Made by a program: the position numbers and the translations under genes | Notes under the pieces: model-generated | Databases searched by the model: none | The model's input: the letters and a program-made list of their open reading frames with translations, nothing else | What the model was told of the DNA's origin: nothing | In this document: one piece after another, positions 50,031 through 62,600 of the stretch | Position numbering within the stretch: the first letter of the stretch is position 1 | Layout of the letters: every line of letters begins with the position of its first letter | From: Octopus bimaculoides | Lineage: Eukaryota | Direction of reading: 5' to 3' | Length of the DNA stretch: 64,000 nt | Assembly: GCF_001194135.2 (NCBI RefSeq) | Contig: NC_068986.1 | Coordinates: 359,859 to 423,858, forward strand

Positions 50031-51810
50031 GTAAGTGCAGAGGTACCAAGGATCAACTCCTGATAGACAAAACTGTACTTAGAGTCTGCAAGAGGAGGAA
50101 AATTAACTTAGCCATGTCATGGATCGACTACCGTAAGGCTTACGATATGATCCCAGGTTCTTAGATTATGGAGTGTATGAATCTATTTGGTATTGCATCG
50201 AATGTTGAGCGATTTCTTGGAAAATGTATGGCGAATTGGAGGACGGACCTGACGGCATAGGGAAGAAGTTTCGGGACAGTAGAAATAAGGACGGGCATCT
50301 TCCAATGGGACTGCCTGTCCCCATTGATCTTTGTGCTGTGCTTGATACCACTAACACTGATTCTGAGGAAAACAAAAGCTGGGTATGTATCCAAAAGCCA
50401 TGTCAAATGTCAACCATTTGTTATTCATGGATGACCTCAGACTTTATGGTAAAGATGAAGCTCAAGTCAGTTCCCTCGTTGATACGATATATACCTTCAG
50501 TGCTGATATCAGAATGGAGTTCGGACTGAAAAGGTGTGGTGTGTTACTCTTGAAGATAGGCAAAATCAAATGTATAGACGGGATAACGATACCGTTGGGG
50601 GAGGTTATGAAGCAGATAGAAGAGACGTGCTATAAGTAGTTGGAGATTTTGGAAATGGATAAATTGATTGAGAAAGAAATGACAGAAAAGTTTAAGGTAA
50701 AGTACTTGCGCAGATTGAGACTGATCCTTAAGTCAAAATTAAACGAACAGAATAAGATTGTAGCTATCAGCACCTGGGCGGTTTCACTTTTTAGATATAG
50801 AACAAGGGTAATCGCATGGACAGTAAACGAACTAAACAGCTTAGACAGAAATACAAGGAAGTTGCTAACTTGATATGGGTCACTCCACCCGAAAAGTGAC
50901 ACAGACAGGCTATATGTACCAAGAAAAAGAGGGGGAAGAGGACTTATTGGATGCGAACACAACTTTACAGCAGAAGAAAACAACATAGCATGGTATGTAA
51001 AAAATGCCGCAGAACCGCTAGTATTAAAAGTAAGAATGTTAGGCTTGTGTGGGATGAAAGATTGCAAAGATAATGCACTATACAAGAAATTGAAAACGAA
51101 TGATATTGAAAATAGATGGGTAAAGAAAAGAATGCATGGACAATTTCATAGCGATGCAAAAAGATAGGACAGACAGAGAAAAAGATGGCTGTGGATGACT
51201 AAAAGTGATTTAAAACCGGAAACGGAGGCTCTACTCTGTGCTGCCCAAGAGCAAGCGCTAAGAACAAACTACATAAAATACAGAATAGACAACATAGCAG
51301 AAAGTGGACAAAACGATGAAACCATATGGCATATTACCAGCCAATGTACGCCACTAGTCCAAATGGAAATGCAAAGATCCTATGGGATTTTATGATTCAG
51401 TGCGACCACGAGATAGAGAATAGGAAGCCAAACATAGTCTTAATTGAGAAAGAAAACAAACTATGCTGGATCATAGATATAGCATGCCCAGCTGACAACA
51501 AGGTATGCGATAAGGAAGAAAGAAAAGTCGAGAGGTATGACAGGTTAGTTTGGGAGGTAAAGCAGTTGTGGTCGATGAAAAATGTGATTGTAGTACCAAA
51601 AATTGTCGGAGCCCTGAGAACAGTGAGCAAAAATCTCGAGAAGTACGTGGAACAAATAGGAGCTGCAATAAGTGTGGAGCACTTGCAGAAAGCAGCACTG
51701 CTTGGAACCGCTCGAATACACTGGAAAGTGGTCGAAAAATAAGAGGTGTTACTGGTAGTGAACAGCTAACACTGTAATACATCTCCAGCGTTAGAAACTG
51801 TGCAAAGGCA
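50031..51810 (+). mobile_element. R4/Dong-like non-LTR retrotransposon (RT plus REL endonuclease), pseudogenised
   Basis: [121 protein letters not shown]. Stops and frameshifts throughout; followed by (TAA)n at 51810-51848. Confidence 0.92.
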
Positions 51811-52189
51811 ATAATAATAATAATAATGATAATAATAATAATGATAAATTGTAATATAACTAAAATAACAGTTGAATGAAAGTCAATAAAACATGATGAA
51901 CACGAGATATTTACTAACAATCTGTATTTTGTAAGAGATAATGATGGAAAATGCATAAAATGGGAAAATGTGATTTATAATGACATTTCGCTTAGTGTCT
52001 GCAAACCATCAAAAACAGTTAGAAGAGCAGCAGCAACGACAACAACAACAACAACAACATCAGAAGACAACGCAATGATTTGAGACGCGAGTTTTGCTTT
52101 CTTTAACACATTTTCACTTATTAGAACAACAAAAAAGAAATGATTTATAAGTTATTTCTTTTTGTAGTAATTGTATCCATATGGGCATC

Positions 52190-52197
52190 GTCATCAT

Positions 52198-52228
<31 letters not shown>

Positions 52229-52445
52229 AGCAGCGGCATCGTCGTCATCGTCGTCATTGTTATCGTCGACGGCGTCTTCAGCTTTCTCTCCGTCGTTGTT
52301 GTTCTCCTCCTCGTCCTCCACTTCATCCTCCACTTCATCCTCCTCTTCATCCTCCTCTTTATCTTAACCTCTTTCTCCTCCTCCGCTGCTCTGTCACTAT
52401 TGTCGTCGTTGTCATCACCATCGTTAATGTCGTCAACGTCATCAT
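52190..52445. repeat. Compound trinucleotide repeat (CAT/CAG/CGT/CCT)
   Basis: Visible mosaic of trinucleotide tracts. Confidence 0.85.
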
Positions 52446-52497
52446 CTAAGAAATCTACAAGCCACAACATTTATATGAAGAGGTACACGCCCACACT

Positions 52498-52534
<37 letters not shown>

Positions 52535-53533
52535 ACACACACACAAATACTGACAACGATAGATACATACGTTCATATCTCCACACTCACACATACTCAC
52601 ACAAACAAATGGAAGGACAGAGAGAGAGGGAGAAGCGAGAGAGAAACTCACACTTTACTTATTTGCATACAATTGTCAACGTTATCAGATCATTAATCTC
52701 TGGTTCATTTTTGTTTTGGCCAATCAGACTTCCGTACAAATGTAAATATTTCGTTGGGTGTCCAGGTGTATCCCTATTTGTATGTGTCTTAGTTTCGAGC
52801 AGTTCTGAATGCGTTTCTCTTCTATATATCGGCAATCCTCATTTCTCAGTGAGAACGGTCGATAGCAATGTCTGTCACACTGGTAAAACTGACCGTTTTA
52901 CCCCTGCAGGCAATTCTACAACCAGCTAAACTGCGACCAAACTGAGGACCAAAGAAGCAATTCACTGTCCAGCTCAAGACCATTTTGAAGACCGATCGGG
53001 AATGTACATTGCATGTCCAAGCCATCTCAGCTCAATAACTGCTGGTGTTAGTTCAACAGAGGATTTCTATGTGTATATTATATTTCACCAAGTGATAGAT
53101 TATCTTAAAGACTTCCCAGGTTTAGTGTGTCGGCTGTATGGAATCCCTGTATAGAAGAGCGGAAACACAGACTTCTAAGTAAACGCGTTGCTTTCTTTCG
53201 CTGCCATTTCTATCGCCACTATAATAGCCTCTATTCTTTGAACCTGGTTCGGCTCATGGATCATTTGTCGCATCTTTGTGCTGGTAAGGTTAGGTGTGCT
53301 GCATTTTTTCGAGGCGAAGTGGGCGATAATGTATTGTATCAGTACGTTTTCTTATGGGGTTTTGTTTGAGTGTTCGGTTGCATTAGTTTTTATCTTGTGT
53401 GTTGTTTGTGTATCGCAGGTTGTGTTCTTCTGTCGGGTATCGGCCTTCTATGGCACATCTTGTGGGTTTTGCTCATTTTGTTGGGTATTTACATTATGAG
53501 TTTATTCTTGTATGATTTTAAAGGGGTGTTGCA

Positions 53534-53565
<32 letters not shown>

Positions 53566-53944
53566 CTAGTAGTAGTAGTAGTGTGTGTAACACCTAAATC
53601 AACTGTTTTATAGTATTTATGATTATCCCTCCGCCGTTCTTTTGCTTGGTTTTGTTATGGGTTCCGCTAATTATTATTACTGTCATTATTATTATTATCG
53701 CTTTCATTGTCATCTTCTTTCAGTTCTGTTTCATTTCCTTTTCTTGCCGAGTGCCTTCCTGACACTTAGGACAGAGATACGTGCTGTATACATTTGTAGG
53801 CCATTAAAATAATCACACTAGATTGTTCATTTACAAAGTCATGTGACAGAAACAAGGGGGAGAAAGACATAGAAAAAGAAAAAAATATAAAATATAAAGG
53901 TAAACAAAGAAAAGGGCAAAAAAAAGGAAAGAAAATTCACAGCA

Positions 53945-54085
53945 CCAAAACCCTTCTCAGTCCGGGTGACGCACCAGTTAAGACAATCTTTTGCGCTTCC
54001 TGCACGAATGGTAATCCAGGGATCATTCTCAAAGCATTTTCAGTTCCTTTACTGATCATTTCAAGTGTTCCTACGATTATTGTTA
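53945..54085 (-). mobile_element. C-terminal fragment of a second R4/Dong-like element
   Basis: IIVGTLEMISKGTENALRMIPGLPFVQEAQKIVLTGASPGLRRVL, homologous to IVGALRTVSKNLE..LQKAALLGTARI at 51600-51720 but clearly a different lineage. Confidence 0.7.
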
Positions 54086-54093
54086 ATAATAAT

Positions 54094-54300
54094 CTTTTCT
54101 ACTATAGGCACAAGGCCTGAAATTTGGTGGGAGGAGATTAGTCGATTACTCCAGTATTTCACTGGTACTTAATTTATCGACTACGAAAGGATGAAAGGTA
54201 AAGTCGACTTCGGTGGAATTTGAACACAAAATGTAGCAGTAGACGAAATACTGCCAAGCATTTCGCCCGGCGTGCTAACGATTTCGCGACCTCACCGCCT
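54094..54300 (-). mobile_element. SINE family B, full length, tail type 1
   Basis: Reverse complement of 55138-55350; tail CAGGCCTTGTGCCTATAGTAGAAAAG followed by (ATT)n. Confidence 0.85.
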
Positions 54301-55137
54301 TAAAAAGGATTAAATACAATGGCCTACTCATTAACCTGTTGAGTGATAAGCGTTTGTCATGATTTAAAGCTATTATTGCAGTTCGTCTTTTAAAACTCCT
54401 TTCAAATTTATTTTCGCACTGCTACACATGGAGTAGGAATAATTATGTTTTATAAAAGATTTGAATATAGATAAGGAAACATTGAACTACCTTTATCATA
54501 AGTTTCTTGGCACCAGTGAGTCGAAATTAAAAAAAAAAAAGCTGCTATTTTTATTAAACTACAAATCGGGGAACTGACGAAAGGCGTCGGTTTTGACGAC
54601 TGTGTTTAAACTTCTGTTGAAAAGCTGGCAAGTGCTCTTCGAATCTTCGGTGAAGTGCGAAAGTTTGAGATATATAAAAAGATAGTTTAAAACGATTGAT
54701 AGATTTCATCATCTTCCATTAATGTAAAGATGAATCTTTCCATACAATCAATTTGACTATTTTCCAAGAAACGTTAACGAGCACAGCTACTGAGCAACTT
54801 GAACGTTTACTGGCAGAGATATACTAAAGGCTAGTTGGAAATTAGTTTGGAAGATCATTTATTTCCGTTGCTATTTGAAATGCAAAATATCCATTAGAAA
54901 TATTGTATATATATTAGATTTGTATGTTTTATTATTTCCGTTGTAAACATATTTTGGGGGATGATATCGTATTATTTTATCTTTTAATTAAACAGAAAAC
55001 TGAAAGTTATTCACAGCCTGAAGAACATTCAGAACAACAGCGTTAAAACTAACTAGAATGAGATATTTCCATTCAAAAGGTTTCCCAAGTGCAGACCGGT
55101 GCTCAGTGTGCTATTATTAGCCTGTGTTTTGTAGTTA

Positions 55138-55350
55138 AGGTGGCGTGCTGGCAGAATCGTTAGCACGCCAGGCTAAATGCTTAGAGGCATTTCGTTCGTC
55201 TTCACGTTCTGAGTTCAAATTCTGCCGAGGTCGACTTTGCCTTTCATCCTTTCGGGGTTGGTAAAATAAGTGCTAGTTGAGTACTGGAGTCGATCTAATC
55301 GACTGGTCCCCTGTCCCCAAAATTTAAGGCTTTGTGCCTGGAGTAGAAAA
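55138..55350 (+). mobile_element. SINE family B, full length, tail type 1
   Basis: GGTGGCGTGCTGGCAGAATCGTTAGCACGCC head, B box GAGTTCAAATTC, central GTCGACTTTGCCTTTCATCCTTTCGGGG, tail GGCTTTGTGCCTGGAGTAGAAAA, then an (ATT/CAT)n run to ~55480. Confidence 0.9.
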
Positions 55351-55449
55351 TTATTATCATTATTATTATTATTATTATTATTATCATCATCATCATCATT
55401 ACTATTGTTATCATCATCATTACTATTGTTATTATTATTATTTTCATTA

Positions 55450-55481
<32 letters not shown>

Positions 55482-57311
55482 TGGAAGAAGTAAAAATTGA
55501 AAATATTGTAAATAATTTCAGATATGCTGTGTACATGTGCAAGCCTTCAGGTTTTTACTATGTATATGTCTACATATTGTATTAATCATTCCCAAAGCAT
55601 CGGCCCTTTTTATTAAACACCTTCACTCTGGTTTTCTCTGTTTCTATATCGTTCTGTTTGGATACTTTCTCTTGTTCTTGTGGAGACCTTATTGTCGTAT
55701 ATTGGAACTGACTATGAGATATTTCTTTCCCTGTTGATAATAGTCAATTATATCAGATCAAGGTACTGTAATTTCCCTGTCTATGTGAATTGACACGCTC
55801 CAAGGAATAGTCGGTCGGCCATCTTTTGACAGCCTTTGTGGTAAATGTTGGAATGATCACTTCTGTGATGGATTTCTTTATTCTAGCCTAATTCCCAGTG
55901 TATGAAAATTCAATTCCGTGAAGCTCTTAATCGTTTGGAGATTTGGAAAGAAAAACAGAGTGACTTAAAAATACTAGGTGCACACAGCTCAAGCGACAAA
56001 AATTATAAAGCCATCATACTTCATATTTTATGTATATATGCCGTTGTCTAAGAGCACATCTCTTTAAAGACATGTTGTGTTAAAAGCACAATATATTTCA
56101 GAGCACCACAAACATCGTTCCAGCAGTGTCCCACAAGAATGTCTGATGCGTTTTGGTTGTGTTGGGTTTTGTCAATAATGTTTACTTGCTAATCATATGT
56201 CCAGATGAAATATGTTCCTTCTGATGTATAAGAAACAATCAATAATATATTCACTGGTATTGCGGGTAACCGCCGGGCTGAATAAAGATTCGATGTACGC
56301 AATTGAAACAGCCAAACAGCATAGAATTAAAATAACCATCAATATATCATACTTGACATATACACACTGTTGACAGGTACCTTACTGTGGGTTTCTTTTT
56401 ATCTGGAAATACTTTCTTCATAGACATTCTCTGTCTTCCATTGCTTGTAATTCTTTATTTCAACCTTAGGATTATTTCCGTATTCAAAATTTTCATCCTT
56501 AGAATTTTCAGGTTGTGTAAGCTAATTATATTCCCCTTTATTCATATTTTAGCTTGTGCTATTCCGGTTTGCATTTTCTTGGTCGGTATTCCGCAGTATG
56601 CTGGCATTTGAATTTGATGAGGTTTTCTTATATATTTCATTTGTTTTGCATGCGCTAACTTTATCTTAACGATTTATGTTATCAAATGTGCTTCATGTTT
56701 GTGTGAACATTGTTTACATTTTGATTGTTCACTTGCATCGTTGTTTATTTGTTTTATTTCTTTTAGGTGCTCTATGGCTATATCTAAAAGATATTTTTTT
56801 CTTTTCTTTTGAGAATGTATCTAGCTACTAAAGTAGTTAGTCTTATAAATTCTAAAGTTATTTTATGTTAGAAATACTTTTTACAGATATTATAGGTACA
56901 TGTAATAATTTGGGTTTAGATTTTTGAGCGTAACTGCAGAATGAGCATATAATGTAGAAAGATGTTCTTCTCATATCGATTTATACGTCTTCTGTTTTAT
57001 TTGCGGGGCTTAAAGAAAAGCGTATGGTCCTTTACTTAGATTATGGAATTTTTTAACCATCGAGTAACAGAATGTTGCTTTCTGGCGATGCAGAGATTTC
57101 CACGCTCCATTTTTCGTACGTTTTACGCATCAAATCGAAAGCACGCATTTTCTTATAACCGTGGATGAAATTCAAGTTATATCTAATTTATATTGTTTGT
57201 CATTTTTATTTGGAGGCGGGGGTAAATCTACCTGGTGGCTATTTTGCCATATGTTCCGTTAGTGCATTTATATGTCATGGTTAGTCGACCAATAGGGCCA
57301 ACATCTGAAAT

Positions 57312-57382
<71 letters not shown>

Positions 57383-57680
57383 AAAAACGCAATGCAATCT
57401 TTGCTAACAGAGTAAACTATTACCTAGTATCTTCGTCGTTTATTTTCTTCGGAGCAATGAAGTAAAGTTCTCTCTTGTTATTTACTCTCCGATATTACTT
57501 ATATTATTCTGCCTGACAAAGTGATCATGTCTTCAAATGTTGCGCTTGAAACAGATTGAACAACAGAACGAATTTGAAAACATAATGAACACTTTGAGAT
57601 AAAGAAGCAAGTTTGAGTGTTACACTTTAAGCCAACCCATTTTTTTATTTTTATGATGAAAGAATGTTTTATTTATTCAT

Positions 57681-57847
57681 TTATTGCCCACAGAGGGGAC
57701 AAACAAGGACAGACAAAGGGATTAAGTCGATTACATCGACCCCAGTGCGTAACTGGTACTTATTTAATCGATCCCGAAAGGATGAAAGGCAAAGTCGACC
57801 TCAGCGGAATTTGAACTCAGAACGTAACGGCAGACGAAATACCGCTT
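57681..57847 (-). mobile_element. SINE family B, 5'-truncated, tail type 2
   Basis: Same central domain, but the 3' tail reads CCTTTGTCTGTCCTTGTTTGTCCCCTCTGTGGGCAATAAA. Confidence 0.85.
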
Positions 57848-59099
57848 TAGATTTTAAAGGTTTTCTCCAAAAAGCAAACTCAAAAACAACTTCTACGACT
57901 TGGACAGAACTCTATCGTGTCAAAGTATTGTTTATATTCCTGTTCAAGATTATTGAACTGAGTTATATTGAGGATGATGTCATTAATTAATTTGCCAATT
58001 GCTTAAGGCGCGTCTGGACTTTCATCAAGTTCTGAATACAAACCGGAAGACGTTTTAAGTGCAATGCTTTACACGCAAAAAAAAAAAAAAAATGTAGCAA
58101 TCTTATAAAGATTTAAAACTGTTAAAAAATAACGCAGATTTTCTTGCCTTTCGTTTGAAAAAGCAAAATTATACTTGCTTGGAAATATGTAACAGCTTGT
58201 ACCTATAGAAACGAAATTTTGATTTAGCAGTTTAAAGAGAATTATCCTCTTTTTTTATTCTGGAAACATTAATGGACTTTCTGCAAGTTTATCTGAAAGG
58301 CATGCTGTAAGTGAATGGTGACTTTTTATAGATTCATCTCTATGAAGAGTAAAATCTGTTTTATTGCATAATAGAAATTTAAAATATCTTTCCCCATTGC
58401 TCATCCAGGGAATTTCAAAGAACCTTATATATTCGCATTGAGATCCTTTTTAATGCAACTGAATACAACGACCACCAACTGAATCTTTGTTGCGATCTTA
58501 AAATAATTCCTATGTTAATGGGAATACATGTTGGATTCACCTGAGACTACTGCTTTCTATGGAAGTCGCAATGCGCAGCGCATTAGCATGTAGCCAATTC
58601 TTTTTAGTTAATACGGAGAAGATATATTTTTAGCACCTCTTCGCATTTAGTTTGGTTTAATGAACTTATGTGTGAAGTGTATTTGGAAAGTGTGTGGGTA
58701 TGCAGGTATTTTGAAAATATCTCACGGAGTGACGACCGTGCCCTACGTAGTTCGAGGCTGCCCTTTGGCAAGGCATGGCACCTGTTCAGCTACTCTGCCA
58801 GGAATTCAGTGAAGTCATGGGACTCCAGCATGGTGGATTGTGAAGAGATAGCGGAACCGAGCCAACGATGCTTCTTACATTGACGCTTCGCATAGGAATC
58901 CTAGAAGGTCAACAGTCAGGATCACGAAGATCTATCGAGCGAGTAACTGCAACGCATCTACAGGGGTGACGTACATGTTGGTGTAATCAGCTGATGAAGG
59001 ATTCACAGTAACTCAAGCTTCCAATTTGAATTCATGATAATGGAATACGATGGTGACAGAGTAATGGGAATCCACGGAAACAGCGAAAGAAATGATTAG

Positions 59100-59690
59100 A
59101 AAATGTCTGAGGACTTCGTTTCTCAGAGAAACATTTCCAAAATTAAGTGCAAAGAAGGAGGTTTTAGAGGGCCTCAAAACCGAAAGATAAGTTCGATGGA
59201 ACATTTACAATAGTTTCAGCTCTACTTATTGTAAAATTGGAACGATATAAACTGATTAACACGGCTCGTGTCCAAGGAAAGCAAATTCGTGTCATCTTTG
59301 AGCATTCTATTTTTTCTCTAGGCGTCGCCCCTGCAAGAACGTAGTCCAATGACTGAAACAAATAAAAGATTTTAAAATAATAACTGAGTTTGGCAGAACT
59401 TCAAAAGGCTTTGTGCTGAATTCTTCCAAAATTACGGGTTTCCTTCTTTTTAAGATGAAGGTGAGAAATTGATTAGGGCGTTCAAAGATATGAGATGTTG
59501 CATGTCTCTTAAATCGCATTTCTTCCATTCACATCAAGATTACTCTGCTGAAAATCTTGCTTCAGGAAGTGATTTACAGGGCGAGCTATTTCACAAGAAT
59601 ATTAAATCTATGGAAGCTCGCTCGTGGAGATTATGGAATGAAAATATAACAAGAGGCTACTGCTGGATGTTATAACCACATGACGTAAAT
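59100..59690 (+). mobile_element. DNA-transposon transposase C-terminal remnant (Chapaev-3/CMC-like), interrupted by a SINE 3' fragment
   Basis: FLRETFPKLS..EGGFRGPQNRK (~59120-59190), WQNFK and MSLKSHFFHSHQDYSAENLASGSDLQGELFHKNIKSMEAR..WNENITRGYCWML match the motif MSLKxHFLHSHLD..NLGxxSDExGERFHQDI..ME.RYQG.W....DYCW. A SINE tail GACTGAAACAAATAAAAGA lies at ~59350-59369. Superfamily assignment is from memory. Confidence 0.6.
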
Positions 59691-60241
59691 CACATTTACA
59701 ACAAAGTCTCGCATACATCGTACTTTTCAATGCAGATATATATTATACGTATGTATGGATATATGTGCGCATGTATATACGTATGCATGAATGTACGTAT
59801 GTATGTAGGTAGGTGTGCATGCATGGAGAGAGAGAGAGAGACTGACAGAATAAAACCGACAGGGAAGTCAATTGACAGCTAGATATTGAGACTTGTTTTA
59901 AGTTATACTTATCCCCTACACGCGCAGACGCACATGCACATTATCACACTGTATATAATTACATGCATTCCTATATGTATATATGTTTATATATTTTATA
60001 TATATATGTGTGTGTGTGTGCGTGTGTGTGTATATATAATTTATTTATACAATAGTTATATATGTATATGTGCATACAGACACACGCATCCATATACATA
60101 AATATTTAGCAGTGCGTATGTGTGTGTGTGTGTGTGTGATCAAGTAAGATCCGTATGTCAAAGTGTGTAGCACTCAATATAATGAATGTCTTTGAGACTA
60201 TTAGTAACAAACATTGACAGGTTTCTGTAATTACATAATGA

Positions 60242-60283
<42 letters not shown>

Positions 60284-60753
60284 NNNNNNNNNNNNNNNNN
60301 NNNNNNNNNNNNNNNNNNNNNNNNNNNNNNNNNNNNNNNNNNNNNNNNNNNNNNNNNNNNNNNNNNNNNNNNNNNNNNNNNNNNNNNNNNNNNNNNNNNN
60401 NNNNNNNNNNNNNNNNNNNNNNNNNNNNNNNNNNNNNNNNNNNNNNNNNNNNNNNNNNNNNNNNNNNNNNNNNNNNNNNNNNNNNNNNNNNNNNNNNNNN
60501 NNNNNNNNNNNNNNNNNNNNNNNNNNNNNNNNNNNNNNNNNNNNNNNNNNNNNNNNNNNNNNNNNNNNNNNNNNNNNNNNNNNNNNNNNNNNNNNNNNNN
60601 NNNNNNNNNNNNNNNNNNNNNNNNNNNNNNNNNNNNNNNNNNNNNNNNNNNNNNNNNNNNNNNNNNNNNNNNNNNNNNNNNNNNNNNNNNNNNNNNNNNN
60701 NNNNNNNNNNNNNNNTATATATATATATATATGTATGTATGTATGTATGCATG

Positions 60754-60803
<50 letters not shown>

Positions 60804-60999
60804 TGTATGCATGCATATATATATATATATATAATATCATCACAAAACTGGTTGCGGACATAGACGCATGCGCACACAAGCACTATTACTCCTCAAGAAT
60901 TCATGTTGGCAACGTAATTCCATATCTTCCTTGAAACCAGCTGCTGCTACTGCTGAGATTACAGCTGTTGTTGATGCTGTTGTTCTTTTTGTTGTTGCC

Positions 61000-62600
61000 A
61001 CTATTGTTGTTGAAGATGGCGGAGGCAGTGCTGGTGCTGGTGACTGCAGATGGTAGTGGTGGTGGTGGAGGTGGTGGTTGTGCTCGTGGTTGTGGTAGTG
61101 ATGACGAGGGCAAATTGACGGTAGACGTGGTGGTAGGGGTGGGGACGGTAGAGGTGGGGATGGTAGGGTGTTGATTCAGGTGACGGTGCTGCTACTGCTG
61201 CTGCTGATGATGATGATGATGATGAGGAGGAGGAGGCGGATGATAGTTATATTGTCTTAGTTGACATTTTCTTCGTGACCATCACAACACCAACGTCGAC
61301 CTGACCTTGAATCTTTAAGCTGATAAATTTCCCCTCAAATCGCGCCCACCCTTCTATGACTTTTAGTCAAGATGGAAGGAGGTGAGCATGTGACCCTTTT
61401 ACAGAGCGCCAGACAAAATTGGAAGGGAGAAAGTTGGGGAGAAGAAAGCTTTTTGAAACCAAAGACGGGCCGGAATGGTTATAAGGGAGCAGACTCACCT
61501 AAAGTCTGCCAAGGAGCTGATGACTGCGGTGTTAAACTGGGAGACATATTAAGTCTACTACCCAAGTAGGCCAAGGTGGGATTTGAACACAGAATGCAAA
61601 CAGCTGGAACAAAAACCACCAGCATCCGGACCGACCTTGTCACAGCTCCATCAAACAACTGCCTTGAACTTGTAGGTTGTTTGTTTGTTTGTATTTGCTT
61701 TCTTTTTACTTTTTCTTTTTTTCCTTTTTTGTATTGCTTTGTTATCGGGACCGAAATGATGAAAAGTAAAATTGAACCTCAATAGGGTTTGAACCTAGAG
61801 CTCAGAGTGTCGGAACATATGCCACGAGTCGAATAATGGCAATATTAACAATTGCCAATAAATGCCGAAAGGCTGAAAACTCTAGAAGTTGTTGTTGTTT
61901 TGGTAGATGTGGTGTTGGTGGCGACGTGGCGGCAGTGACGGGGGAGGTGACGAGGATGGTGATGGTGGTGATGGTCATAGTGTTGATAAGTATATTTCTT
62001 GTAGCAGTGATGGTTTAGTGACGTTTGTGCTGGTGGTGGCGGTGGTGGTGGTCATCGTCGTCGTGGTAGTGTTGATGGTGATGGTAGTGGTGGTGGTGGT
62101 AGTGATACTGGTGTCGGTGGTGATGTTGGCTGTGTTGGTAGAAGTGGTGGGGGAGGTGTTGTTATTATTGTTGTTGGTGGTGAGGATGCTGGTGGAGGTG
62201 GTAGTAGTGGTGGTGGTGGTGCTGGCGGTTGTCATGTTACTTGTGGCATTGCATGTGTTGNNNNNNNNNNNNNNNNNNNNNNNNNNNNNNNNNNNNNNNN
62301 NNNNNNNNNNNNNNNNNNNNNNNNNNNNNNNNNNNNNNNNNNNNNNNNNNNNNNNNNNNNNNNNNNNNNNNNNNNNNNNNNNNNNNNNNNNNNNNNNNNN
62401 NNNNNNNNNNNNNNNNNNNNNNNNNNNNNNNNNNNNNGTGGAGGTGGTGGTGTTGGTAGTGGTGGTGGTGGTGATGCATGTTTTAGTGATTGTGGTGTTG
62501 GTGGGGGTGCTGGTGGTGGTGGTGGTGGTGGTGACGCTGGTGGAGCTGGTGCTAATAGTGCCGGTGGATCTGTTGGTGGTGGTGGTGGTGGTGGTGGTGG
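61000..62600. repeat. (GGT/GAT/GTT)n-rich low-complexity region
   Basis: Mosaic G/T-rich trinucleotide tracts including a gap at 62261-62437. Confidence 0.8.

Noticed and set aside
52145-52696. Poly-Asp/Ala/Ser/His ORFs in several frames
   Set aside because: A compound trinucleotide repeat is open in many frames; there is no unique coding content.
56390-57150. Possible very old Neptune-like PLE C-terminus on the minus strand (NKQRCK, HQIQMPAY)
   Set aside because: Motifs are too short and degenerate to support without an alignment.
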